A DNA stretch of 64,000 nucleotides from a virus, in the IMG/VR virus record IMGVR_UViG_3300010885_080919, positions 1-64,000 of that record. One strand, 5' to 3'. Both the position numbers and the translations under genes were made by a program. Position 1 is the stretch's first letter, and every line of letters starts with the position of its first letter. Under the pieces are notes generated by a model. It did no database searches. It saw nothing but the letters and a program-made list of their open reading frames with translations, and was not told the origin of the DNA. Positions 37,260 through 47,262 of the stretch are shown here, piece after piece.

Positions 37260-38034
37260 TATAGACTTTTTTATAAAAAAAATAAAGAATAATGAGTATT
37301 TTTATTACTGTAAATTAAATCATGCTTTTTTTGAAGCTACTTGTTTGGGTTACGAAATTCCAAAACAAAGATTTGAAACCTTGCATTCTAATATTCTTTC
37401 TCAAATAATTGATATAATTAAAAATTTTCCTAAAGATAATAATTTTTTATTTGCTTTTTCTGCAAAACCTTATGAGGGGTTCAAACCGCCATCAGATAAA
37501 AAAGTTATAGAATTTTTGTATTCTATTTTACCTAGACACAAATTTTTAGTTTATGATTCTTTGCTTTTTAAAAAATATTGTATTAGTGGCGAGATTGTGA
37601 AGTTGTTCGATATAATTAATTTAAAAAAAATGAAAGTTATTTTGTATGGATTGGATCATTTAAAAAATGTCAATAAAAATATTAATTTTTTAAATTTTGA
37701 GTTTAGAAAAATTAATATTGATGTCACCAAACAAAAAGAAGCTTTGATTTATGACATAATATCAAAACATGAAAGCAATTCTATTTATTTTTTTCAACTT
37801 GGAGAGGCTTTATCAACTTGGGTCATTTATAATATTTACAACAATATCAAAGATTCGTATTTTATAGATCTGGGCAGATCTATAGATTATTTTGTTGATC
37901 TTAAAGAAATGAAATTTTCTAAAGAAGATCAAGATATATATCTTGATCTTTCTCAAAATACTTTAAATTTAAATGATCATTTTTCTAATTGTTTTTCAAA
38001 TAAAAATTGGATGATAAAATGGAATAAAAATTAA
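37228..38034 (+). CDS. Hypothetical protein, possibly GT-D-like
   Basis: FIDLGRSID near the C-terminus; island context. Confidence 0.45.
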   Translation: MLFLLKQKRPNIDFFIKKIKNNEYFYYCKLNHAFFEATCLGYEIPKQRFETLHSNILSQIIDIIKNFPKDNNFLFAFSAKPYEGFKPPSDKKVIEFLYSILPRHKFLVYDSLLFKKYCISGEIVKLFDIINLKKMKVILYGLDHLKNVNKNINFLNFEFRKINIDVTKQKEALIYDIISKHESNSIYFFQLGEALSTWVIYNIYNNIKDSYFIDLGRSIDYFVDLKEMKFSKEDQDIYLDLSQNTLNLNDHFSNCFSNKNWMIKWNKN

Positions 38035-38073
38035 TTTTTTTGTGATACAATTATATATTGGAAAATTATAAAA

Positions 38074-39708
38074 ATGAAAATTATCTCTTTGCACATTTAT
38101 CACGATATGTCTTTTTGCATTTACGATTCTGATAAATGTTTTTTTAGATATTTTAAAGCAGAAAGAATATTAAATCAAAAGCATTTCGGTCTAGGAATGC
38201 AAGGCAATATCCATATTGATTCAAAAAACACTTTGAATCAATGTTATGTTGAAATTTTTAAAAATATAATCAAAGAATCAGGATTTTCAAATCCTGATGT
38301 TGTTGTTATCATTGATAATGATTATTGGTTTAGGTCGAATAATTATTCGAACAACAATTATGAGTATGTTGTTAATTTTGATAAAAAATCTAAAAAATAT
38401 TCAATTTTACATTTTTTAGATTCTTTGGGTATAAAAACTAATAATTTGTTTTTTATTGGTCATCATTATTCCCACATATTAAGTGGTTTCCCTATTTTGG
38501 ATTATAAAAAATGTTCTTATGGGGTTTGTATTGATGGACAAGGTAACAATCTTACTGTGTCTTTTTTTGAAGATCCATTTGGTGATATTAGTCAAAACAA
38601 AAGATATTATACTTTAGAAAATGAAAATATATCTTCTATAGGACATTCTTTTAATTTGTTTGGTAAAAAGATGAAGTTGTCTGGATATTGTTTAGATTTT
38701 TCTGGCAAAGTCATGGGAGCACAAAGTTACGGCAAAATAGATTTAGATTACATCAAGGGTCTGGATATAGATTTTATTTCTAAAAATTTTTATAATTACA
38801 CCACAGATATTTTAAAAAAATATTCTGATGTTTTTTTTAATTTTGAAAATTCAGAATTCAAAGATTTATTAAGTACTTGGCACAAAATTGCTGAGCTTTG
38901 TGTTCTGAATTTGTTTGAAAAGAACATAAAAGAAAAAAATTCTCATATCATTTATTCAGGAGGAGTTGTTCAAAATACGGTCATTAATGAATCTTTATCT
39001 AAAATTTATCCTAATTTATATTTTACTCCACATGGTTATGATGGTGGTTTGTCTTTGGGAGGATTGTATGCGATTTGCAATTACGAGAAAATTAAAATAC
39101 CAGAAATAAATAATTTTCCTTACTTACAAAGTGACGAAGTAAAAGAAACCCCAACAGAAAAAACAATAAAATACGCTGCTAAACTTCTTGCTGACGGGAA
39201 AATAGTTGGTTGGCACCAAGGAGCAGGAGAAATAGGCCCAAGATCTTTAGGAAATAGATCTATATTAATGGATCCTGGAATTTTTAATGCAAAAGAAATA
39301 CTTAATAATAAGATTAAAAAGAGAGAAAGTTGGAGGCCATATGCAGCGAGTGTTTTGCTAGATTATGCTCATGATTGGTTTGATTTCGAAGGTGATTCTC
39401 CATATATGATGAGAGCAATTAAAGCAATAAAAGAAAAAAAATCAATAATAAAATCTGTTGTGCACGAAGATGACACATGTAGAATTCAAACAGTTTCTAA
39501 ATATTCAAATTTATTATTTTATAAATTGATTTATGAATTTTACAATTTAAGAGGAATACCTATGTTGCTCAACACTTCTCTAAACATAGCGGGAAAACCC
39601 ATCTCAGGAGATCCTGCAACAAGCAAACTATTGTACAACTCTAGTGAAATGGATTGTTTGATTGTAGGAAACAAAATATACAATAAACAAAAAAAAACTT
39701 ATCTATAA
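38074..39708 (+). CDS. Carbamoyltransferase (NodU/CmcH family)
   Basis: HD, AER, HHYSH, DGQG, GKVMG, SGGVVQN, EIGPRSLGNRS, RESWRP, LNTSLN. Confidence 0.93.
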   Translation: MKIISLHIYHDMSFCIYDSDKCFFRYFKAERILNQKHFGLGMQGNIHIDSKNTLNQCYVEIFKNIIKESGFSNPDVVVIIDNDYWFRSNNYSNNNYEYVVNFDKKSKKYSILHFLDSLGIKTNNLFFIGHHYSHILSGFPILDYKKCSYGVCIDGQGNNLTVSFFEDPFGDISQNKRYYTLENENISSIGHSFNLFGKKMKLSGYCLDFSGKVMGAQSYGKIDLDYIKGLDIDFISKNFYNYTTDILKKYSDVFFNFENSEFKDLLSTWHKIAELCVLNLFEKNIKEKNSHIIYSGGVVQNTVINESLSKIYPNLYFTPHGYDGGLSLGGLYAICNYEKIKIPEINNFPYLQSDEVKETPTEKTIKYAAKLLADGKIVGWHQGAGEIGPRSLGNRSILMDPGIFNAKEILNNKIKKRESWRPYAASVLLDYAHDWFDFEGDSPYMMRAIKAIKEKKSIIKSVVHEDDTCRIQTVSKYSNLLFYKLIYEFYNLRGIPMLLNTSLNIAGKPISGDPATSKLLYNSSEMDCLIVGNKIYNKQKKTYL

Positions 39709-39716
39709 GGCTTGAA

Positions 39717-40322
39717 ATGATTCCCAAAATAATTCATCAAATTTGGATTGGTCCCAAAAAAATTCCTCAAAAATGGATGGATAGTTGGAAATATAAAAAT
39801 CCTAATATGGTTATTAATATTTGGAATGAAAATTCAATTAATAAGTTTGGATTGATTAATATAAAAAAGTATGATTTTTTTATGAGTAAATCAATATACG
39901 ACGGAGCGGCAGACATTGTTAGGGTTGAAATTTTAGAACGCTATGGAGGCGTTTATCTAGATGCTGATTTAATTTGTTTGTTGCCTATAGAAGATGAATT
40001 TTTTATGAATAAAAAATTTTTTGCTAATTATGAATATGATAAAAGAATTGCAAATGGAATTATAGGAGCAACGCCAAATCACCCAATTATGACAGAATAT
40101 CTTAAAAGAATGACAGAAACTAGAGTTACTCAGCCGCCTTGTTACACTATTGGTGGCACTATGTTGACTAGTTGTGTGGATATTTATCTTGCTAAAAATA
40201 TAGATCTAGAAATAGAGATTTTACCAAGTTTCTCTTTTCTTCCAAATTGGAATGAAAGAGAAAATATAAGAGGAAAAATATTTGCCAGACATATGTGGGG
40301 CACTGCTAAAAAAATTTACTAA
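39717..40322 (+). CDS. Glycosyltransferase family 32 (DxD)
   Basis: IPKIIHQIWIG, ADIVRVEILERYGGVYLDAD. Confidence 0.92.
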   Translation: MIPKIIHQIWIGPKKIPQKWMDSWKYKNPNMVINIWNENSINKFGLINIKKYDFFMSKSIYDGAADIVRVEILERYGGVYLDADLICLLPIEDEFFMNKKFFANYEYDKRIANGIIGATPNHPIMTEYLKRMTETRVTQPPCYTIGGTMLTSCVDIYLAKNIDLEIEILPSFSFLPNWNERENIRGKIFARHMWGTAKKIY

Positions 40323-40343
40323 TTGTTTTACTACTTTAATTTC

Positions 40344-41051
40344 ATGACAAATAAAATGAATAAAGAATATTTTTTAAAAAATGATTTTTTAGTTTTAGAA
40401 AATTTTTTAGAAAAAGAAACTTTGCAATCTGCGTGTAGTATAAAAAAAATAAATAAATGGTACGATCCCAATAAAAAGTTTTTAGATAGACAAAACAATA
40501 ATAGTGATAAAAATCAATACGAATCTCATGAAAATTATTCAACAAATTTTGTACCAACTTTCAATAGATTTGTTGCTGATATAAATGAGTTAAATTTTCA
40601 TTTAAAAGAAATATTAGATGTATTTAGATCTACCGTTTTTTTAGATAATCTTAAGTTTGTTACTGGGTTAGATGATCTTTTTTTTGATGAGTCTTTACGT
40701 GGAGGTGGATTGCAAAAAAGCAAAAATGGAGCTTTTTTAAGATTGCATTTAGATAATAATTGGAATCCTAAAATTGAATGCTACCCTATAATTAATGTTA
40801 TTTTATTTCTAAGTGATTGGTGTGAAAATTATGGAGGAGAATTAGAACTTTGGAATAAAAATCAAAAAATTAAATCGATACCACCAAAATTGAATACACT
40901 TGTTGTGAGAAAAAATTCACCAGAATCATATCATGGATTTCCTCATCCCTTAAAATGCCCAGAAGAATATAGTAGGTTGGCTCTAGTATTTTTTTATTAT
41001 ACAAAACAAATAGAACCTGATCAAAAAAGATCTAGTGCTCTATGGTTATAG
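40344..41051 (+). CDS. 2OG-Fe(II) oxygenase
   Basis: GGGL, LHLD, GGELELW, SYHG, R.ALVFFYY. Confidence 0.88.
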   Translation: MTNKMNKEYFLKNDFLVLENFLEKETLQSACSIKKINKWYDPNKKFLDRQNNNSDKNQYESHENYSTNFVPTFNRFVADINELNFHLKEILDVFRSTVFLDNLKFVTGLDDLFFDESLRGGGLQKSKNGAFLRLHLDNNWNPKIECYPIINVILFLSDWCENYGGELELWNKNQKIKSIPPKLNTLVVRKNSPESYHGFPHPLKCPEEYSRLALVFFYYTKQIEPDQKRSSALWL

Positions 41052-41744
41052 CATTTTTAAAGAATTAATTAAATACTTTCTTTTTTCCGTACAGTAATGA
41101 ATGCTTTGAATTTTATTTCTATTGCATTTTGAATTGTAGCTATAATTAACTTCTTTGTCTAATTTTATTTTTATATTTTTTTCTTTAACAAATTTGCTTA
41201 TTGCGTATTCATCATTGTTTAAATATAAAGATGAATTTGTAAAATTGTTATAATGTAAATTTATTATTTTTTCTTTTATTGAATTTTCTGGAGTTTTTAT
41301 CCACATTACTCCGGTATTATAATGTTCATAATCAAATTCAATCGATGGTGGGGGTGAATATTTTTTGTATAGTCTAAAGGGGCCTTCACATTCTATTTGT
41401 TCTTCTGTGAATTTTTTTAGAATCCAAACATCTAGATCTAAATACATAAAAGGCTCATTTATTATGTCGAATATTTCAAATTTTGCAAGATTATTTAAAA
41501 GTAAATCTTTTTTGTAGTGCCATATAAATTTTGATTTGATTTTGTTTTTTGCATTTGATATAATGTGTATATTAGAATTTGGATACAAAGACCTAATGCT
41601 AGATGTTGTTATTTTAAAATATTTTTCAACATAATCGAATCTGTTCACATCCAAATTTTTGTACAATAGCTCGGCTAGTCTATCAACCGAGTCCCTAGTT
41701 TTTTTAAAATATATTAATACGAAGTTTTTTATTATTGCGTTCAT
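41046..41744 (-). CDS. Putative GT-A glycosyltransferase
   Basis: YLDLDV, YNTGV, DEYA, IHY. Confidence 0.6.
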   Translation of the reverse strand: MNAIIKNFVLIYFKKTRDSVDRLAELLYKNLDVNRFDYVEKYFKITTSSIRSLYPNSNIHIISNAKNKIKSKFIWHYKKDLLLNNLAKFEIFDIINEPFMYLDLDVWILKKFTEEQIECEGPFRLYKKYSPPPSIEFDYEHYNTGVMWIKTPENSIKEKIINLHYNNFTNSSLYLNNDEYAISKFVKEKNIKIKLDKEVNYSYNSKCNRNKIQSIHYCTEKRKYLINSLKML

Positions 41745-41756
41745 TTTTATATTTCT

Positions 41757-42179
41757 ATGAAAAATCAATCACTGGTTATTTATCATTCATCTAGATATAA
41801 AAGCAATACTTTTAAGGTGGTGAAAAAAATTTCTATTTTATTGGATTTAAAAAATAAAAATATTGAATTTTTTGATTTTCAAAAATATGATATTTTTATT
41901 TTTGTTTGTGCTACTTGTGGAGATGAGGAAGTTTCATTTTTTATGGAGAACTTTTTAAGAAATTTTAGTATTTTAAATAAAAAATACTGTATATGCGAAT
42001 TAGGAAATTATTTTGGTACAAAAGAAAAAGAATTTGGAGCTGCAAAAATAATAGAAAATAAATTAAATTTTTTAAAATGGGAAAAAATATACGACACACT
42101 TTCATTGGATACGGTTCCAAAAATTCGCTGGAAAGAACTAGAAAAATGGGTTTTAAATGGACAAATACATTTTAAATAA
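41757..42179 (+). CDS. Flavodoxin-like protein
   Basis: IYHSSRYKSNT, VCATCGDEE, ELGNY. Confidence 0.7.
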   Translation: MKNQSLVIYHSSRYKSNTFKVVKKISILLDLKNKNIEFFDFQKYDIFIFVCATCGDEEVSFFMENFLRNFSILNKKYCICELGNYFGTKEKEFGAAKIIENKLNFLKWEKIYDTLSLDTVPKIRWKELEKWVLNGQIHFK

Positions 42180-43008
42180 AATTAAAAAATTAACCTCTTT
42201 TAAATATAAAATTGATAATGGAAAATGTATTTATTTAGACTTTACAGATTCCGAAAACGTTTATTGCGGGTTATTTCGCCATTCAACAAAGAAGAAAGAA
42301 ATTTTAGATCTTATCAATAGGCTTAAAAATCTAAAGTATTTAAATCTTAGAAAAAACAATATACAGCAAATTCCACAGTTGGATTTGCCTTTTTTGGAGC
42401 ACTTGGATTTAGGTTCCAATTATATAGCAAAGATTCCTGACTGGCTAATAAGCTGTAATCTTACTTATCTAAATTTAGGAGTAAATAATTTAGAAAAAAT
42501 TCCAGAATGGTTTTCTGATAAAAAATTTGAAGTTTTAAAAATTCATAAAAATAATATTTTACATATCCCACTAATAAAAAATGGTATAAAACATTTAAAT
42601 CTTTATCAAAACAAAATAAGATCTATACCGAGTTTTATTTGGGATATTAGTTCGATGGAATACTTTTGTTGTGGGATGACTGATATAAGAGAAATTCCTA
42701 ATCAAATTTCAAATTTAAAAAATTTAAAATGGTTGTCTTTAGTTGTTAATAAAATAGAAAAAATACCTAACGAGTTTTGTTGTTTAGAAAAATTAATTGG
42801 TGTTAGATTGTCTAAAAATAAAATTAGTTCTCTTCCTGATGATATTGGTAATTTGCAAAATTTAAGACAATTTGTATTGTACGACAATCGAATTAAAAAA
42901 ATTCCTGATAGTTTTTACAATTTGAATTTAGAATTTTTAAATATAAGCTATAATCCTTTGAATAAAATTGATAAATTAAAATTAACTCAAAAATATAGCT
43001 TTATTTAA
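42157..43008 (+). CDS. Leucine-rich-repeat protein
   Basis: About ten LxxLxLxxNxIxxIP repeats. Confidence 0.93.
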   Translation: MDKYILNKIKKLTSFKYKIDNGKCIYLDFTDSENVYCGLFRHSTKKKEILDLINRLKNLKYLNLRKNNIQQIPQLDLPFLEHLDLGSNYIAKIPDWLISCNLTYLNLGVNNLEKIPEWFSDKKFEVLKIHKNNILHIPLIKNGIKHLNLYQNKIRSIPSFIWDISSMEYFCCGMTDIREIPNQISNLKNLKWLSLVVNKIEKIPNEFCCLEKLIGVRLSKNKISSLPDDIGNLQNLRQFVLYDNRIKKIPDSFYNLNLEFLNISYNPLNKIDKLKLTQKYSFI

Positions 43009-43044
43009 TTTCTGCGTGTTGAACATTTTTATAGGGTATAATTT

Positions 43045-43677
43045 ATGAAAATAATTATTTTTGGAACAAACGAGATTTCTTTGATGGCAAAATTTTATTT
43101 TGAAAAAGATAGCAATTTTGAAGTTTTTGGGTTTTGTGTAGATTCAGATTTTATAAAAGAATCTAGTTTAGAAAACAAGCCTGTTTTGAGTTTTGATGGA
43201 ATAGAAAATGATTTTCCTTCGAAGGATTATTTGTTTTTTGCACCATTGTATGAAAACAAATTAAGAGAAATAAAAGTAAATCAAATTATTTTAAAAGGAT
43301 ATAATCTCGCCACATATATTTCTTCTAAATCAACAGTATTTGCTAAAAAAATTGGATTCAATTGTTTTATATTAGAGAATAATGTTATCCAACCTTATGT
43401 TGAAATAGGAAACAATAACATCTTTTGGAGCGGAAACCATATAGGTCACCATAGTGTTATAAAAAATAATACATTCTTTTCTTCTCACGTAGTCTTGTCA
43501 GGCAAGTGTGTAGTGGAAGATTATTGTTGGTTTGGCGTAAACAGTTGCGTGAAGGATGGTGTAAAAATTGATGAGGGCTCTTTTATATCCATGGGAGCAG
43601 TAGTTATGAAGAAAACAAAACCATATAAAAAGTACACAGGAAATCCAGCGAAAGAGTATGGAAATGTTATTTCGTAA
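43045..43677 (+). CDS. Hexapeptide-repeat sugar acetyltransferase (NeuD/PglD-like)
   Basis: IIIFG, HIGHHSVI, left-handed beta-helix repeats, GNPAK. Confidence 0.88.
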   Translation: MKIIIFGTNEISLMAKFYFEKDSNFEVFGFCVDSDFIKESSLENKPVLSFDGIENDFPSKDYLFFAPLYENKLREIKVNQIILKGYNLATYISSKSTVFAKKIGFNCFILENNVIQPYVEIGNNNIFWSGNHIGHHSVIKNNTFFSSHVVLSGKCVVEDYCWFGVNSCVKDGVKIDEGSFISMGAVVMKKTKPYKKYTGNPAKEYGNVIS

Positions 43678-44449
43678 ATTAGGACTTATTTTTGACAAAC
43701 AGGCACAGCTGCCAACTTTAGAGGATAGGAATGAAAATATACGAATATACTATTCTTATAGAATAAAAAAACAAAGTCATATTAATTACTTTGAAATATT
43801 TAAAAAAAATTTAAAAGTAAATTATATAAATAAAAAGCCTGTTCTTTCTCCGGGCTCTTTAGGTTGTTTCGATGATGTTGGGGTGATGCCATCCTGTATA
43901 ACTGGTGGCAAACTATACTACACAGGTTGGAACTTACGAGGGACTGTTCCTTACGGTCAATCAATAGGTTGTGCTTATTTTGATGAAAATAAAAACAAAT
44001 TTGAAAGAATTTCTAAAGGTCCAATTTTAGATCGTAGCGAAAATGTACCTTATTTGGCAAATTCTCCTTTTGTTTATAAAAACAAAATGTGGTTCTGCAA
44101 TGGAACCGGATGGGATGATAAATTTGCTAAATACAATATATGGGAGGCCCAAAAAATTAAAAACAATTGGGTGATAAAAAAGTATTTGTTTGGCAAAAAA
44201 AACGAAGCCTGTTCAAGAGTTTGTTTTTCAAATATTGGGTTTTTGTTTTCTAGAAAAAATAAAAAAACAAAATATGAAATATTCATTCGAGAAAAAGAAA
44301 CAGAAAAAATAAAAAAAATAATTAGCAAGTCTCAATCTGAAGACTGGGACTCAGAAATGACTTGTTATCCTTATTTTTTTAATAATATGATATTTTATAA
44401 TGGAAATGGTTATGGTTATTCTGGAATTGGTGTAGCAACACTAGAGTGA
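43658..44449 (+). CDS. Beta-propeller glycoside-hydrolase-like protein
   Basis: PVLSPG..FDDVGVMP, LYYTGW, WDSEMTCYP, FYNGNGYG. Confidence 0.75.
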   Translation: MEMLFRKLGLIFDKQAQLPTLEDRNENIRIYYSYRIKKQSHINYFEIFKKNLKVNYINKKPVLSPGSLGCFDDVGVMPSCITGGKLYYTGWNLRGTVPYGQSIGCAYFDENKNKFERISKGPILDRSENVPYLANSPFVYKNKMWFCNGTGWDDKFAKYNIWEAQKIKNNWVIKKYLFGKKNEACSRVCFSNIGFLFSRKNKKTKYEIFIREKETEKIKKIISKSQSEDWDSEMTCYPYFFNNMIFYNGNGYGYSGIGVATLE

Positions 44450-44452
44450 TTT

Positions 44453-45166
44453 TTAAATTTTTATATATTTATATTTTTTTATCATATCAATAAACTCTAA
44501 CTTTGTCTGGCCTTCAGGAATATCTTTTAAATTGATATCTTTTTTTCTTGTTTTCCAAGAATTCATATTTTTATTTAAAAAAAAATCAGAATGCTTTATA
44601 TCTAATTTTTTTAAAAGATTATTGTAAGGATAATTTTCTATTTTTATTGTTATTTTGTTAAGAGAGTTTACTTCAATTAGCTTGTTCCATTCTATTAAAT
44701 ATCTACATGCTTTTTCTATTTTTGTTTTTTCTTCAAATATAGTAGGAACATTATTTGCAATAAAATTTTCATAATCGCCTAAATGATCAGAAGTGCAATT
44801 CGAAAAAAACTCTATATCTAGCACCCAAGAGCTTAGTGTTTTTAATGGGTTTCTTATCAAATGTATAATCAATATATCTTTAAATATATCGTCTTTTAAA
44901 AACGGAGCAGCCATATAGCTTGATTCCGCAACTATTTTTTTTGGATCAAACCATCCGGTTGTTTCTTCTTCTTTAACATGATTGTAAAGAGAACATTTGC
45001 TGGTCTCTATTTCTACATCGCCTGATAATCTTTTTTTAGCTTCTTCTATTCCCTTATAATCAAATATAGCTTCGTGCCCACAATGGATTCCCAAATGCGT
45101 CAAAAATCTGGCCATATATACAGTGCCGCATCTTCCTGTTCCTGTTACTAAATATTTTAGCTTCAT
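44453..45166 (-). CDS. Sulfotransferase-like protein
   Basis: VTGTGRCGT (PAPS loop), GHE, HLIRNPL. Confidence 0.75.
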   Translation of the reverse strand: MKLKYLVTGTGRCGTVYMARFLTHLGIHCGHEAIFDYKGIEEAKKRLSGDVEIETSKCSLYNHVKEEETTGWFDPKKIVAESSYMAAPFLKDDIFKDILIIHLIRNPLKTLSSWVLDIEFFSNCTSDHLGDYENFIANNVPTIFEEKTKIEKACRYLIEWNKLIEVNSLNKITIKIENYPYNNLLKKLDIKHSDFFLNKNMNSWKTRKKDINLKDIPEGQTKLEFIDMIKKYKYIKI

Positions 45167-45852
45167 AGTTTTTTAGCCTCTAAAGCGACTATGTGTTCTT
45201 GATGTTTTACTTTTTTGTGATTTTCTATCACTTCGTCTAAATTGAAATGAAATCTTCGACACAGCTCACTCATTCTCTCAGGAGGCGAAGCGTAAACGTT
45301 GTCTATTCCCCACATCAACTTGTTAGAATAAAAAGAAAACTCTTTATATTTATCGCAATAATTTAATATTTTAACAATATCTTTTGGCAAATATTTTAAA
45401 GTGCCTCTTCTATAATTAAACAAATCAAATCTCATATTTAACACTAAATCGCAATTTTCTTGACATGCTCTATCCACAACATTGTGTATTCCGTGCCACA
45501 TTCTTTTCCAAGCCAATATTGGCGTTCTAGTATTCCCAAGATTTCCATCTATTTTACCTAATAAAGATATCTTCTCTTCGTCTTCTACAACCACGCTTTT
45601 TAGATTTTCATTTGAAAAGTATTCTTTAATCATATTTTCATTTATTTCCTTTTTTGGTTTTTCCAAAAACCTCCAACTAACGTCTGCTTCGTCCACAATC
45701 CAACTATGAACGTACAAAAAAGTATTGTATTCTCGGGAAATTTTTGATACAAAGTCTTTAAGAAGGCTGTTTTCTAGCGAGCCTCGTTCGTGTCCTCTTA
45801 TAGCAATTGCTATTTTAGTTTTCTTTTTTGGTTTGATTAATTTATGAATCAT
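45163..45852 (-). CDS. Hypothetical glycan-related protein
   Basis: IAIAIRGHER, YVHSW, MRFD; context. Confidence 0.5.
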   Translation of the reverse strand: MIHKLIKPKKKTKIAIAIRGHERGSLENSLLKDFVSKISREYNTFLYVHSWIVDEADVSWRFLEKPKKEINENMIKEYFSNENLKSVVVEDEEKISLLGKIDGNLGNTRTPILAWKRMWHGIHNVVDRACQENCDLVLNMRFDLFNYRRGTLKYLPKDIVKILNYCDKYKEFSFYSNKLMWGIDNVYASPPERMSELCRRFHFNLDEVIENHKKVKHQEHIVALEAKKL

Positions 45853-46593
45853 GAATTTGAAGAATTAAAAAGGTTTTTAAAAGATGATGCTTGGCCGAAA
45901 GCAGTCGATAAATGTATCAATTTAAATATAGAAAAGGAAAAGGAAAATAGAGCGACAAATATATTGAATATTTTCGATATAGATCTAAAAGGAAAAAGAT
46001 TTCTTGATTTTGGTTGCGGAGAAGGACATGTAGCTTTAAAGGCCAAACCTCTATCTTTTTTGTCTATGGGGTTTGATCTTTTCGAAAAAGGAGACTTATG
46101 GGCAAGGAATGATAATTTGACATTAGATTGGAAGAGAATAAAAGATAGCGGTCCATACGATGTTATTTTGATGCACGATGTGGTTGATCATATAATAGGT
46201 GATTACAACGATGTGTTTGAAAATATAAAGGATGTCTCTAACGGTCTTGTATGCATTAGATGCCACCCATTTTGTGGCAGGCACGGATTCCACATGCACC
46301 ATCAGATAAACAAGGCGTTTATTCAAATGGTGTTCACAGAGCAAGAATTGACTTTACTGGGATTATATCAAGAAGAAAAGACTGCTCCGATAATACTTCC
46401 TACTCAATTTTATAGTTTTTTTTCTAAGTATTTTGAAGTTTTAGAATTTCGAATAACAAGGGATCCAGTAGAAGATTTCTTCAAGAATGAACTTGTTGAA
46501 AGTAGAATAAAACTATGGTATGGCGACGATCTCAAATTTCATGACCATATGTCCTGTTCTTTTGTTGATTTTATTCTTTGCAACAAAAGTTAA
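45844..46593 (+). CDS. Class I SAM methyltransferase
   Basis: FLDFGCGEG, YDVILMHDVVDH. Confidence 0.85.
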   Translation: MNHEFEELKRFLKDDAWPKAVDKCINLNIEKEKENRATNILNIFDIDLKGKRFLDFGCGEGHVALKAKPLSFLSMGFDLFEKGDLWARNDNLTLDWKRIKDSGPYDVILMHDVVDHIIGDYNDVFENIKDVSNGLVCIRCHPFCGRHGFHMHHQINKAFIQMVFTEQELTLLGLYQEEKTAPIILPTQFYSFFSKYFEVLEFRITRDPVEDFFKNELVESRIKLWYGDDLKFHDHMSCSFVDFILCNKS

Positions 46594-47219
46594 ATTTTTT
46601 GTATTATTCCTGTTCCGTATCTTGTTTTGAATATATAAGGTTTAAGCTTTTTGTTGTCGCAAAAACTGTCAAAAGCTTCTTTTGAAGGCGGATTTTTGTT
46701 CATATATTCGACTATTATAATGCCTGAATCTGATACTTGAGGCCACATTAATTCCATATATTCAAGTTGTTTATCGTATTTTTTCTCTTCCCCAATCAAA
46801 ACAACATCCCAAAGATTTTTTGAAAAGTCTAGAAATTCTTGATCATACAACTCCCCAGAATAGAAATTTTTATTTTTCTTAAATACTTTGTTTATGTTTA
46901 TTTTTCCAATTCTAGTAGAAACAAATTCAGGAATTTTTTCTTTAAATCCAAAGAAATTTTCAACGCTTTTGCAAGACAGCATAAAGCTAGAACTAAGCAA
47001 CCCGAGCGTGAATCCTATTTCTGCTAAAGACTTTGCAGGAAAGTATTTTCCTAGATAATAATAAAAAGGAGCATACGTATGATCTACGTAGGCAGATGTT
47101 TTTCTAGATCCGTCTTCTATAACACAAAACCGGTCGAGCAGTACTTTCCCGCTTATTTTTTGTGATTCTAGTTCTAAATCTATTTTGTTTTTTATTTCAT
47201 CAAGAGATATGAGTTGCAT
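46590..47219 (-). CDS. Methyltransf_24-like protein, possibly degenerate
   Basis: LAEIGFTLGL, WDVVLI, SGIIIVE. Confidence 0.55.
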   Translation of the reverse strand: MQLISLDEIKNKIDLELESQKISGKVLLDRFCVIEDGSRKTSAYVDHTYAPFYYYLGKYFPAKSLAEIGFTLGLLSSSFMLSCKSVENFFGFKEKIPEFVSTRIGKININKVFKKNKNFYSGELYDQEFLDFSKNLWDVVLIGEEKKYDKQLEYMELMWPQVSDSGIIIVEYMNKNPPSKEAFDSFCDNKKLKPYIFKTRYGTGIIQKI

Positions 47220-47262
47220 ACTATAATAGAGATATAAATCTATAATTAGTTGGGGAAAATAT

